Of a stretch of DNA of 64,000 nt, positions 1 through 9,559 are shown in pieces. Source of the DNA: Candidatus Kaiserbacteria bacterium (lineage in GTDB: Bacteria > Patescibacteriota > Minisyncoccia > Phycocordibacterales > UBA2100); assembly GCA_017134395.1 (NCBI GenBank), contig CP070993.1, positions 23,231 to 87,230 of the forward strand. The letters are read 5' to 3'. Below the pieces are notes generated by a model. It did not search any database. It was not told where the DNA came from and saw only the letters and a program-made list of their open reading frames with translations. The position numbers were made by a program, and so were the translations under genes. Every line of letters starts with the position of its first letter. Position 1 is the stretch's first letter.

Positions 1-276
1 TTCCCTTTTGTAGAACCTGGTGTTGAAGTTGATATGCGATTAACGGGAGATACGGTACCAGCGCGACTAAAGGGTAAGTGGATAGAGATACTTGGTGCTG
101 GCATGTTGCACCCGAATGTGTTGAAAGCTGGTGGTATTGACCCTGAAGAATACCAAGGATGGGCGTTTGGCGGTGGTATCGAGAGACTGTGTATGTTGAA
201 GTGGGGAATTGATGATGTGCGGTTATTCCATTCGGGAGATTTACGTTTTATCCAGCAATTTAAGTCAAGCAAATAG
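1..276 (+). CDS. pheS: phenylalanine--tRNA ligase alpha subunit, 3' part (5'-truncated by the window)
   Basis: Frame is open from base 1: [11 protein letters not shown]...[15 protein letters not shown]...[22 protein letters not shown] (motif 3). Directly upstream of pheT. Confidence 0.97.
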   Translation, partial: FPFVEPGVEVDMRLTGDTVPARLKGKWIEILGAGMLHPNVLKAGGIDPEEYQGWAFGGGIERLCMLKWGIDDVRLFHSGDLRFIQQFKSSK

Positions 277-277
277 T

Positions 278-2194
278 ATGAAAGTAAGCTACGAATGGTT
301 AGAAACTTTTTTTGATGCTGGAACACTTCCTCGTGTTGCCGAGCTTGAACAACTACTTACATTTCATGCATTTGAAATAGAGAATGTTGAAGAAGTTGCT
401 GGCACATCAGTTATAGATGTAGATGTTCTTCCAAACCGTGCTGCTGACTCACTTTCACACAGAGGTGTAGCACGAGAAATTTCGGCACTTTTGAATATCT
501 CAATGCAGCATGATCCACTGAAAGAAGAAGTAAATCTAACTCCAGAAACCGATTCCATCGCGATAGAACTCGACACCGATGCATCGTGTACATATTACAA
601 TGCGGCGCGCATTACTGGTGTAGCTGTTGGGGAATCCCCACAGTGGTTACAAAAAAGACTTGAAGCAATTGGGCAGAAATCTATAAACAATGTTGTTGAT
701 GCAACTAACTACGTGCTGTTTAACATAGGGCAACCGACACATGTATTTGATGCCACTAAATTTAGCGGTACAACTCCGAGTATTGGTACGCGCCACGCTG
801 AAAGAGGGGAGAAAATAAGCCTTTTGGGTGGAACGGAAGTAGAGTTGGACGAAACTATGACGGTAATTATTGATAGAGCTTCTGATACGCCACTTGCTGT
901 TGCTGGCGTTAAAGGTGGAGTACATGCCGAGGTAGTGAATGAGACTACTGACATAATTATAGAGTCAGCAACATTTGACCCAGTACAAACCCGTAAAACT
1001 TCTCAGGCACTAAAAATACGAACTGATGCATCAGCACGATTTGAAAACAACGTTGCTGATGAGCTTGCAGCCTATGGTGTGAAAGCAGTTACGACACTGA
1101 TTTTAGAATTAGCAGGGGGTCAAATACAAGGGTATGCGAGCGCCGGAGCTACAAAACCAACAAATAAAGAAGTTGGCGTGACAGCGAGTCGGGCATCAAA
1201 ACTTCTTGGTGCGGATATTACCGATGAAATAATGGAGGACATATTTAAACGGCTAGCATTTTCCTACACTAAAGATGGTGACGTATTTAACGTGACTGCT
1301 CCATTTGAGAGACGCGATATACACATACCCGAAGATATCATTGAAGAGATTGGACGAGTGTATGGGTACAATAAAATCGAAAGCCAGCAACTTCCTCCAG
1401 CGCAGAAAACTCCTAGAATCAATAAGAAATTTGCATACGCAGAGCTTATCAGAAAAACGCTTATAGAAAGCGGGGTTACAGAAACATTTTTGTATTCTTT
1501 GCGAGATACGGGTGAAGTTAAGCTTGTTAATTCACTTGCGAGTGATAAAGACCATCTGCGGAGCAATCTGAAAGATGGCCTACGTGAACTTCTTGATACG
1601 AGTGAAAAAAATATGCCATTACTTGGTTTGTATGAAACAGTGTCTTTGTTTGAGATAGGGAACGTGTTTACTAATGGTGCGGAAGAAATGCACGTGTGCG
1701 TGGCGGTTCGAGTCACTGGAAAAAAGAAGAAAGACGAACGAACACTCAGCGCACTTGTAGCTATCAAGGAGCGCCTTGAGGAAGTCTTAGGTACAACGCT
1801 TCCAGAACCTGTTGATGAAACACTCGAGTGGAATCTCGATACAGTACTTGAAACCGCTCCTGAACTCGACGCGTATCCAAATGTGCCAACGGTAGCTGAT
1901 GCTGTTTCTTACAAACCATTTAGCCAGTATCCATTTATGCTTCGCGATATCGCAGTATGGGTACCTGAATCTACAACAGAAGAAAGTGTACGAGAAGTAA
2001 TTGAAACTCATGCAAGTGATTTATTGCAAAGGTGCGACATGTTTGATGTCTTTACAAAAGACGGACGGACATCGTACGCGTTTCATCTCGTATTTCAATC
2101 AATGGACGAAACGCTCACTGACGAGAAAGTAGGAGTCATTATGAGTGGTATTGAAGATGAAATGAGTGCTCAAAATGGGTGGGAAATTCGCTAA
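278..2194 (+). CDS. pheT: phenylalanine--tRNA ligase beta subunit (short form without the B2 OB domain)
   Basis: MKVSYEWL start one base after the pheS stop; PNRAADSLSHRGVAREI, SINNVVDATNYV, RRDIHIPEDIIEEIGRVYGY, C-terminal RDIAVWVP anticodon-binding domain. Confidence 0.96.
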   Translation: MKVSYEWLETFFDAGTLPRVAELEQLLTFHAFEIENVEEVAGTSVIDVDVLPNRAADSLSHRGVAREISALLNISMQHDPLKEEVNLTPETDSIAIELDTDASCTYYNAARITGVAVGESPQWLQKRLEAIGQKSINNVVDATNYVLFNIGQPTHVFDATKFSGTTPSIGTRHAERGEKISLLGGTEVELDETMTVIIDRASDTPLAVAGVKGGVHAEVVNETTDIIIESATFDPVQTRKTSQALKIRTDASARFENNVADELAAYGVKAVTTLILELAGGQIQGYASAGATKPTNKEVGVTASRASKLLGADITDEIMEDIFKRLAFSYTKDGDVFNVTAPFERRDIHIPEDIIEEIGRVYGYNKIESQQLPPAQKTPRINKKFAYAELIRKTLIESGVTETFLYSLRDTGEVKLVNSLASDKDHLRSNLKDGLRELLDTSEKNMPLLGLYETVSLFEIGNVFTNGAEEMHVCVAVRVTGKKKKDERTLSALVAIKERLEEVLGTTLPEPVDETLEWNLDTVLETAPELDAYPNVPTVADAVSYKPFSQYPFMLRDIAVWVPESTTEESVREVIETHASDLLQRCDMFDVFTKDGRTSYAFHLVFQSMDETLTDEKVGVIMSGIEDEMSAQNGWEIR

Positions 2195-2298
2195 ATAGAA
2201 CACACGATAGATGTGTGTAAAAGCGCGCATTTACAGGTTTTTTTTGGTATACTGTATGCACGTTTGAGAGTACTTAAGTACTCTCATTTATAAGATAT

Positions 2299-4362
2299 AT
2301 GGCAGTTAAAAAAGCAGCAGAAAAGAAAGCCCCAGCGAAGAAAGGTAGCTACGGAGCAGATGACATTACAGTTTTAGAAGGGCTTGAAGCTGTTCGACGA
2401 CGTCCTGGTATGTACATCGGTACCACTGGTATTGATGGGCTTCACCACCTTATTTGGGAAATTTTCGACAACTCACGTGATGAAGCGATGGGTGGGTTTG
2501 CTGATGATGTTGAGGTAGCGCTACTACCAGGTAATCGTATTCGTGTTGTCGACAACGGACGTGGTATTCCTGTGGACATACATAAGAAGACAAAAGTTTC
2601 AGCTCTTGAAACTATTATGACTACACTTCACGCTGGAGGAAAATTTGGTGGTGAAGGGTACAAATTCTCTGGTGGTTTGCACGGGGTTGGTGTTTCTGTT
2701 GTGAACGCACTTTCAACACATGTTCGTGCGGAAGTTCACCGCGAAGGCGCTTCACACGTACAGGAGTACAAAAATGGTGGTAAACCAGTTGGCAAAATAA
2801 AGAAGATTGGCCCTTCAAAATTAAAGGGAACCATTATTACGTTCGATGCAGACCCATCTATATTTCCTGAAATTAGATACGACTGGAAAACTATCGTTGA
2901 GCATTTGCGACAACAAGCATATTTGGTTCGTGGCATGCGCCTGACTATTATCGATGCTCGTGAGTACGAAGGAGCACTAGATGATACAAAGACATTTTAT
3001 CTCCGCGACCACATGCTCGATGTTCCATCGATGACGTTCTACTTTGAGGGAGGACTTACGAGTTTGGTGGCGTTTCAAAATCGTCATCAAAAAGAATTAC
3101 ACAAAAAGATTTTCTATATCGAACGAGAGCAAGACGATGTGCATGTTGAGGTCGCGCTGCAATACGTAGATGATATTTCTGCTCGGGTGTCTGCTTTTGC
3201 AAACAATATATACAATCCAGAAGGAGGAACACACATTACCGGTTTTAAAACAGCTCTCACACGATCTCTTAACAGTTACGTAAAGAAGGCTAACCTCAAG
3301 GGTGTTGACGAAGGATTTACTGGAGACGATGTGCTTGAGGGGCTTACTGCTGTTGTGTCTGTGAAAATGGAGGAGATTCAGTTCGAAGGACAAACAAAAG
3401 CAAAATTAGGAAGTGTTGAAGCTCGTGGAGCTGTAGAGTCTGTATTCTCGGCAGCTTTTGTTGATTTCTTAGAAGAGAATCCAAATGAGGCAAAAGCAAT
3501 AATTATGAAGGCAGTTCTTGCCATGAAAGCACGAAAAGCCGCTAAAGCCGCTAAAGATTCTGTATTACGAAAGGGAGCTCTTGAAGGAATGACACTGCCC
3601 GGAAAACTTTCTGACTGCCAGACAAAGTCAGCAGAGGAGGCAGAAATTTTCATTGTTGAGGGAGATTCGGCTGGTGGTTCGAGTAAGCAAGGGCGCGATC
3701 GTCGTACACAAGCTATTCTTCCGCTAAGAGGAAAAATCTTGAACGTTGAACGAGCACGGCTTGATAAGATGCTCGCAAATAATGAAATTAAGTCACTTGT
3801 TATCGCACTTGGAGCTGCTATCGGCGATACGTTTGATGTTACAAAATTGCGATACCATAAGATTATTATTGCTACTGACGCCGATGTCGATGGTGCACAC
3901 ATTCGAACATTGCTCTTAACGTTATTCTATCGGTACTTTAAGCCTGTTGTAGAAGGAGGATACCTTTATATTGCACAGCCACCATTGTATAAAATCAAAA
4001 AAGGAAAGCAGGTAGATTATGCATACACAGAAGAAGAAAAGAAGGAATTTGCCGGAGACGCCGCGGTAGAGGAAGACATTGAGCTTGATGTTGATGCCGC
4101 TGAGCCCGAGGTAGATGAGGTAGAAGAAACAAAAAAACGAACAGCCAAAGTTTCTGTGCAACGATACAAAGGACTTGGAGAAATGAACCCAGAAGAATTA
4201 TGGGAAACAACTATGGATCCAGAACGTCGCTTATTAAAGCAGGTAACTATCGAGGATGGACAGGAAGCTGACCGAGTATTTGATACTTTGATGGGAACTG
4301 ATGTTGCATCGCGAAAAGCGTTTATTCAGGCTCATGCACGAGAGGCGACACTCGATTTGTAA
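2299..4362 (+). CDS. gyrB: DNA gyrase subunit B
   Basis: LEGLEAVRRRPGMYIG, LHAGGKFG, EGDSAGG, PLRGKILN, DADVDG, QRYKGLGEMN. Confidence 0.96.
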   Translation: MAVKKAAEKKAPAKKGSYGADDITVLEGLEAVRRRPGMYIGTTGIDGLHHLIWEIFDNSRDEAMGGFADDVEVALLPGNRIRVVDNGRGIPVDIHKKTKVSALETIMTTLHAGGKFGGEGYKFSGGLHGVGVSVVNALSTHVRAEVHREGASHVQEYKNGGKPVGKIKKIGPSKLKGTIITFDADPSIFPEIRYDWKTIVEHLRQQAYLVRGMRLTIIDAREYEGALDDTKTFYLRDHMLDVPSMTFYFEGGLTSLVAFQNRHQKELHKKIFYIEREQDDVHVEVALQYVDDISARVSAFANNIYNPEGGTHITGFKTALTRSLNSYVKKANLKGVDEGFTGDDVLEGLTAVVSVKMEEIQFEGQTKAKLGSVEARGAVESVFSAAFVDFLEENPNEAKAIIMKAVLAMKARKAAKAAKDSVLRKGALEGMTLPGKLSDCQTKSAEEAEIFIVEGDSAGGSSKQGRDRRTQAILPLRGKILNVERARLDKMLANNEIKSLVIALGAAIGDTFDVTKLRYHKIIIATDADVDGAHIRTLLLTLFYRYFKPVVEGGYLYIAQPPLYKIKKGKQVDYAYTEEEKKEFAGDAAVEEDIELDVDAAEPEVDEVEETKKRTAKVSVQRYKGLGEMNPEELWETTMDPERRLLKQVTIEDGQEADRVFDTLMGTDVASRKAFIQAHAREATLDL

Positions 4363-4385
4363 ATATACTATCGAATATATCAATT

Positions 4386-4418
4386 AAAAAATACACCAGC
4401 TCGCTGGTGTATTTTTTT
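4386..4418. terminator. bidirectional intrinsic terminator
   Basis: AAAAAATACACCAGC-TC-GCTGGTGTATTTTTTT between convergent genes. Confidence 0.85.
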
Positions 4419-4435
4419 GAGTGCCTCGTTCTTAG

Positions 4436-5500
4436 TTAGTAACCAAGAACAGTTATTGTTTGTCGCGCTGCGTTGTTGTATTCGTTCGATTCGTAAATGT
4501 AGTTTGACTCATCAACTTGCACGCTAAACGTATGAGTTCCTGGAATGAGCTGGTCGAAGGTCATAAAGATTTCAACTGATTCGTTTGGCATAAGCGTTCG
4601 TTGTGCATCTGAATTGAATGGGTATCCGCCACGAGTTGGTAACATTGCAGAGAAATACCAGTTTCCACTTTGTTTTGTTCCGCGGTTTGTTACCCGGAAC
4701 ATAGCACCACCAGTACTATATGTGCGTAGAATTCCTTTAGCTTCAAATGAACCATAGGCGTTAATGTCACCAATTGCGACCATCTGTACTTCTAAGTCAA
4801 CACTCCCGTAAGGGTTTGATGCCTGAGGCACGTACGTGTATGTGTACGGCGTATTGTACTGTGTTGGAACAACTGACGTTGCCTCACGTGGTCCACTTGT
4901 AGAAGTATCTGTTTCTGCGGTGGTTGTGGTCACATCATCTGCTTGGGTGGTTTCAGTCTCGACAGACGTATCTTCATCACTTTCGTTTTCCACATCTATC
5001 ACTACAGGCGAAGTATTTACTACCTGTAGTGATTTCGTATCACGCACACTTTCTCCTGTAGAGTTGGTGTAGGTAACTGCAATTGCTACATCAGTGAGCT
5101 CATTTGCAGAAACAGGAATTACTTTAAGAGTGGTATCAGTTGTTGGGAGAGAGTAGGGTGCGTTACATGGCACAGGACGATCGGCAATCTGGAAATAGAA
5201 TCCTTCTTTACATGCGTATGAGAAAGAAAGAACACCTGTTTCGTCCCCAGTGTGTGCAAAGGTAAGGTCTACTGAGTCACCGGAGTTAGCAACATCTTTG
5301 CTTAGTTCAACAACAATATCCTTATCTCCAAGATCGATGTTAGCAGCAGTACTAGAAGTTACTCCTGTGTCGGAAAAGAGGCGAGGGACGAAGGTTATAA
5401 CCTGAATCGCGCTCCACACACCAATTGCAAGAAGGATAATAAATCCGAGTATCGCGAATATATTTTTTGCAGTTGTTACGTTGTTGTCTTTTGCATTCAT
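4436..5500 (-). CDS. membrane-anchored surface protein with Thr/Glu-rich linker and C-terminal CARDB/Ig-like domain
   Basis: N-terminal TM (IFAILGFIILLAIGVWSAI), low-complexity linker, and C-terminal VTNRGTK...PGTHTFSVQVDESNYIYESNEYNN, typical of CARDB. Confidence 0.7.
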   Translation of the reverse strand: MNAKDNNVTTAKNIFAILGFIILLAIGVWSAIQVITFVPRLFSDTGVTSSTAANIDLGDKDIVVELSKDVANSGDSVDLTFAHTGDETGVLSFSYACKEGFYFQIADRPVPCNAPYSLPTTDTTLKVIPVSANELTDVAIAVTYTNSTGESVRDTKSLQVVNTSPVVIDVENESDEDTSVETETTQADDVTTTTAETDTSTSGPREATSVVPTQYNTPYTYTYVPQASNPYGSVDLEVQMVAIGDINAYGSFEAKGILRTYSTGGAMFRVTNRGTKQSGNWYFSAMLPTRGGYPFNSDAQRTLMPNESVEIFMTFDQLIPGTHTFSVQVDESNYIYESNEYNNAARQTITVLGY

Positions 5501-5604
5501 AGACTATATTTTTATTACGCGCTGATAATACCACACTTACTCACTTAGTCAATATGTGTTTTCGATACGTATAGTGTGTTTCCAAGATACCATAGGCTAA
5601 TGCT

Positions 5605-5633
5605 TGACAAAAGCACTATTATGAAGTATAGTC
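5605..5633 (+). promoter_or_regulatory. sigma70-type promoter of the sortase gene
   Basis: TTGACA-17bp-TATAGT, 16 nt before the ATG. Confidence 0.75.
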
Positions 5634-5649
5634 TTAATCGACAAAAGCT

Positions 5650-6345
5650 ATGGAATACAAGCCTGATTACAATTCACAGACAATAGCCGCGACACTTTTC
5701 AAACCCAAAATACTTTGGGCTCTTGCTATTGCGTGGCTCGCATTGGTTATAATTGGTTCTATTATTACGGTGAGTGCAGCAAATACTGGGCTCAATGATA
5801 GAGAGGTTGAGGCGCTGCTTTCTGAAAACGAGCGCCTCGCTCTTGCAACAAATGTTGCCTACAATGAGACAAACAGGGCACAAGCATTAGAAAATAATGC
5901 TATTACAGTATTTCCTGATCGCCTCGTAGTTCCTAGTTTGGGTATTGACTTACCTATTTCTAACCCACAAACAAGGGATATTCAAGCGCTCGACGAAGAA
6001 CTTAAGACAGCAGCGGTGCGTTATCCTGACTCAGCAAAGCTAGGAGAGCAAGGAGGTAATGTGCTTCTTTTTGGACACTCAAGTCGTTTGCCGATTGTGC
6101 GAAACCAACTCTTTAAGGCGTTTAATGATATTGAAAAACTAAGTGAAGGAAACATTATTCAGGCACATTCTGGTACTGACGTCTACAGTTATCGTGTAAG
6201 TCGTGTGTATCAGGCAAATGCAACAGACGATAAGATTGCACTTGACGTTGAAGGGCACCGTCTTACGCTACTTACCTGTGATTCCTTTGGAGCAAAGAGC
6301 GACCGGTGGGTAGTTGAAGCGGAGTTTCTCGGAAAAAACATCTAG
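5650..6345 (+). CDS. sortase family transpeptidase
   Basis: N-terminal TM; catalytic His (LFGHSS), Cys (LTLLTC) and Arg (SDRWVVEAE) in sortase spacing. Confidence 0.9.
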   Translation: MEYKPDYNSQTIAATLFKPKILWALAIAWLALVIIGSIITVSAANTGLNDREVEALLSENERLALATNVAYNETNRAQALENNAITVFPDRLVVPSLGIDLPISNPQTRDIQALDEELKTAAVRYPDSAKLGEQGGNVLLFGHSSRLPIVRNQLFKAFNDIEKLSEGNIIQAHSGTDVYSYRVSRVYQANATDDKIALDVEGHRLTLLTCDSFGAKSDRWVVEAEFLGKNI

Positions 6346-6375
6346 TTATTTTCACTTAAAAACTTTTGGAATATG

Positions 6376-6413
6376 AAAATCGCCACGCAACCTAGGTTGC
6401 GTGGCGATGTTTT
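6376..6413. terminator. bidirectional intrinsic terminator
   Basis: AAAATCGCCACGCAACC-TA-GGTTGCGTGGCGATGTTTT. Confidence 0.8.
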
Positions 6414-6444
6414 GTATGGGAGAAGAATCATTTAGAGAATGATA

Positions 6445-7536
6445 TTATTCATCTCTTTTGGAGTCGCTGGTTGTCACCGCAGCTCCTGATGTGAAATCTC
6501 CCGCAGTTTTGTCGCCACGAACAATGACCATTCGTGCAGCTGCAGTTCGTCCATCAGCCATGAGGTCTTCAATGATTCGATGAACATCGACATCTGGATA
6601 TTTTTCTTGCAGTTTCTTTACCAGTTTCACTCGGTCGCGTACTGTCCTCCCGCGAATGTCAGCTTCTTTTGCTTCAGCACGTGCTGCAGCAACGTCATTC
6701 GGCTCATTGATATCAACAACATCAACGCCGCCGCGCGGGATAAAAATCCCGGACTGTCTCAACCGTTCGCGGATAGACTTGCCTTTTTGTCCTCCTGAGA
6801 AACAAAATGGAACCGTCTTAACACTCCCATCCTCGTTGGTTTCATCTGATGAAAGTTGAATTTCATCAACTTCACCACTGAGAACATCTGCGAGGAGTAA
6901 GTTCATAGAACTCATCTCGAAAATTTCTTTACCAGAGTGGAGATTTATAAACGTAAAGATAGTTGCTTCATGCAACTCGTTCATTGCTCTTTCAGGTGCA
7001 CTTACATTGCGGGTGCTTTCAATCGTACGGATAAAAGGCAAAGGCCATCGAACGAACCATCGCCGTACTCTGAATTTTACGGTAAAACGTACCCCGTCCC
7101 GTGTCTCAACCTCCTCGACTGTTTGCAGGTTAGTTTGACGTTCGCCAAAGGCGACTTGGAAGAAAAGACTACCAAACGGTTGGGGCCAGTAGAATTGCCA
7201 CCCTGACGGACCGATATGGGTTTCGTCGAAACTTCCGAAGAGCGTCGGAACTGCATTTCGGTACGATGCTACAACCCCATCTCCATTAAAGCTCCAGATA
7301 AGACCAAGCAAGAAACCTGCTACCCCGGCGAATATCACAAGGTCGGTATTTGCTGTAAGCAAAAATACTGGTATTGAGAGTATTCCGCCAACAGAAAGAC
7401 CTGTAGGAAGACCAAAGCGAAAAAAACTCTCGATCTGTGCCCTTCTATTTTTTGTTGGGTCGAGAAGAGCCTCCAAGCCGTAATTCATTTGGGGCATGTC
7501 GGTGACTTCTAAAGCCGCCATGTGTTCATCAGTCAT
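6445..7536 (-). CDS. membrane protein with probable divergent SPFH/band-7 domain
   Basis: Two N-terminal TMs; VETRDGVRFTVKFRVRRW and GVDVVDINEPNDVAAARAEAKEA resemble SPFH segments; GGGAGA SD 6 nt upstream. Confidence 0.55.
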   Translation of the reverse strand: MTDEHMAALEVTDMPQMNYGLEALLDPTKNRRAQIESFFRFGLPTGLSVGGILSIPVFLLTANTDLVIFAGVAGFLLGLIWSFNGDGVVASYRNAVPTLFGSFDETHIGPSGWQFYWPQPFGSLFFQVAFGERQTNLQTVEEVETRDGVRFTVKFRVRRWFVRWPLPFIRTIESTRNVSAPERAMNELHEATIFTFINLHSGKEIFEMSSMNLLLADVLSGEVDEIQLSSDETNEDGSVKTVPFCFSGGQKGKSIRERLRQSGIFIPRGGVDVVDINEPNDVAAARAEAKEADIRGRTVRDRVKLVKKLQEKYPDVDVHRIIEDLMADGRTAAARMVIVRGDKTAGDFTSGAAVTTSDSKRDE

Positions 7537-7727
7537 GTTCTTTCTCCCATTTTCAAAGAACTATGTCGTCACAAGACGACATTTGATAAAATAATACAAT
7601 AAAATATAGGTAAGTCAAATACTTAGCTTTTCCACAGATTTTATTGACAATATTTCTTTTTGCTATTAAATACTCCAGCTACGTTCAATTTTGAACATAG
7701 CCTAGTCCATCCTTAAGGGGGAAAAGA

Positions 7728-7868
7728 ATGAAGGATATTATTGCCGCTGCAGATAGTCTTAGTCTTGTGGCTGCAATCGTCGTTGGGTCGGCGTTTGTAG
7801 TTGGCTGCCGGATTGCAGCTGAAACACAGGAAGCAGTGTCCCAGATTCGTGCTTTGCGTTCTGATTGA
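7728..7868 (+). CDS. small membrane protein (46 aa, not in ORF track)
   Basis: MKDIIAAADSLSLVAAIVVGSAFVVGCRIAAETQEAVSQIRALRSD; AAGGGGG SD upstream; one hydrophobic segment. Confidence 0.5.
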   Translation: MKDIIAAADSLSLVAAIVVGSAFVVGCRIAAETQEAVSQIRALRSD

Positions 7869-7888
7869 CTTCGGAGGAGGTATACGAA

Positions 7889-7996
7889 TTGAGTCCTGAG
7901 ATTTTCAACGGCTATTCCCGATTTATCGGGTATGCTTTCGTTTGGGTAATCGCTGGAGCATTCGTGTTCTGGTGGTACAAAGAGCCTGCGGAATAA
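7889..7996 (+). CDS. small single-TM protein (35 aa, TTG start, not in ORF track)
   Basis: MSPEIFNGYSRFIGYAFVWVIAGAFVFWWYKEPAE; GGAGGAGG SD 8 nt upstream; terminator follows. Confidence 0.55.
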   Translation: MSPEIFNGYSRFIGYAFVWVIAGAFVFWWYKEPAE

Positions 7997-8014
7997 CAGC
8001 AGGTAAATGTGGCT

Positions 8015-8053
8015 AGAAAAGGGGGTAACTGTAAGGTTCACCCCCTTTTTTCT
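8015..8053 (+). terminator. intrinsic terminator after the small-ORF pair
   Basis: AGAAAAGGGGGT...ACCCCCTTTTTTCT. Confidence 0.75.
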
Positions 8054-8324
8054 ATGCAAAAATAAACGCCACCACAGGAGTACTTCCATTATTTCTAAGA
8101 GCAAAACTCTAAGAAAAATTGGTCGCTCAGTCAATTGAAGCGTTTAAGAGGCTCAACAAGGCCATCTTTTATACAGCACACTATTGAAAAAGAGTCGCTA
8201 AACCCTTGACAAGCAGAGTTATATATGCCACTATATACGCATAAGGGATTCTTCTCGGAGGATTCCAAAGCTCTTTGGTTCATTGAAGCGCACCTTCGTA
8301 AGGTGCAAAAAAGGAGAATGCATC

Positions 8325-8786
8325 ATGTTGAAAAACAGCTTGTTTTGGGTTGTTGGTCTGGCAGTGTTTGGTTTTGCTGTGTTTGGTCTTGACGCGGCGT
8401 TCAATCTCGGTCTCTTTTCGGAAAAGGATTCACCGCAGGAAGTTGCAGACAATGGCGACACCTTGGACGAAAAGATTGCTGCAGCTGTCGCTGCAGCGAT
8501 GCGCGAGCAAGGACAGGGTGCTAACACACCTCGCGACGTTTCTGTCAATTCTGTTGACAGGAACGCACGGCCTGGCAAGGTGATCTACGTTTCTTCGCCT
8601 GCTGCTCCTGGGGTCAAACTCAACGAACGGACAGCGGTGTTTGCTGAATGTCTTCAAGAGAAAGGCGTGCCTTACTCAATTGTTGACAAGGGCACTCACA
8701 ACGATGTTCGCGTTGTTGATGACGAACTCAGCGCAGGGCAATCTGTTATTGTTGCATCGTGTGCTGCCGGTCTTCCTCGGAGATGA
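8325..8786 (+). CDS. hypothetical exported or membrane-anchored protein
   Basis: AAGGAG SD, ATG at 8325, N-terminal hydrophobic segment, own TTGACA-17-CACTAT promoter (8206-8234). Confidence 0.7.
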   Translation: MLKNSLFWVVGLAVFGFAVFGLDAAFNLGLFSEKDSPQEVADNGDTLDEKIAAAVAAAMREQGQGANTPRDVSVNSVDRNARPGKVIYVSSPAAPGVKLNERTAVFAECLQEKGVPYSIVDKGTHNDVRVVDDELSAGQSVIVASCAAGLPRR

Positions 8787-8950
8787 AAGGCTTCGAACTT
8801 CTTTTTGATCAAACACAGAGAACCACATGGTTCTCTGTGCGAGATCTTTTTTTATGTTCTCACCTAACTGGTCATAAGTAATAAACTAAATGAGTTATTA
8901 CCAGTCAGGTTCGAATAACGAGCCGTTGGCATTCAAGAAGGAGTTGCCAT

Positions 8951-9433
8951 ATGAGAAAGATGTTCTTTGTGATAGGGACGATTTTTCTTGTCGCCTCATT
9001 CAGCTCCGGTGTTACAGCGGGAGAAGATGAGGGATGTGCAAGTAACCCTGGGTTGTGTGAAACGAATAGCACAATGGTCCCGCGTGGGCGGATTCCATTC
9101 AGTGGGCCTACGATATGCGTTCGCGTGATTGCTCTTCCTGGGGAGCAGACGAATATGTACATTTCGACGACAAGAGATTCAGAACCCTTTCACGACTACT
9201 CGAAAGTAGCTGATTCAAATGGAGTTGCCGAGTTTCTCATCGGACGAGAGTTTATCGAAAATGCATATAAGTACGGACACATCATTCGTGCTTGCAGCAA
9301 AGATGGACGCGATGGGGAGTTCTTTGAGCCGGATGATTTGCGAGAGCATATCGAAAGCGAGAACCCTAAGGATTGCAAATCAGTACCTCTATGTATTTTG
9401 AAAGGAGGTATTGGGTGTCCCGAAGGTCGGTGA
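8951..9433 (+). CDS. hypothetical secreted Cys-containing protein
   Basis: AAGGAG SD, signal peptide (MRKMFFVIGTIFLVASFSSGVTA), 7 Cys; terminator hairpin at about 9451-9490. Confidence 0.7.
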   Translation: MRKMFFVIGTIFLVASFSSGVTAGEDEGCASNPGLCETNSTMVPRGRIPFSGPTICVRVIALPGEQTNMYISTTRDSEPFHDYSKVADSNGVAEFLIGREFIENAYKYGHIIRACSKDGRDGEFFEPDDLREHIESENPKDCKSVPLCILKGGIGCPEGR

Positions 9434-9559
9434 TGATACTAGAATTAGTTTGTAGGCGGGAGAAGATATTCTCGCCTACAACACTTTCTTTTTTTATAAT
9501 AAACCTTGACACAACATTATATATATTGTATATTACTATTAATTAATAATTTATTAAAC

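Noticed and set aside
7627-7635. DnaA-box-like TTTTCCACA in an AT-rich intergenic region
   Set aside because: A single mismatched box; no cluster and no dnaA nearby.
7685-8134. 149-aa minus-strand ORF in the track
   Set aside because: It spans a terminator and is antisense to two SD-led small ORFs; it has no protein-like features.
6445-9433. Possible prophage or mobile island
   Set aside because: No integrase, transposase, structural genes or flanking direct repeats were recognised.
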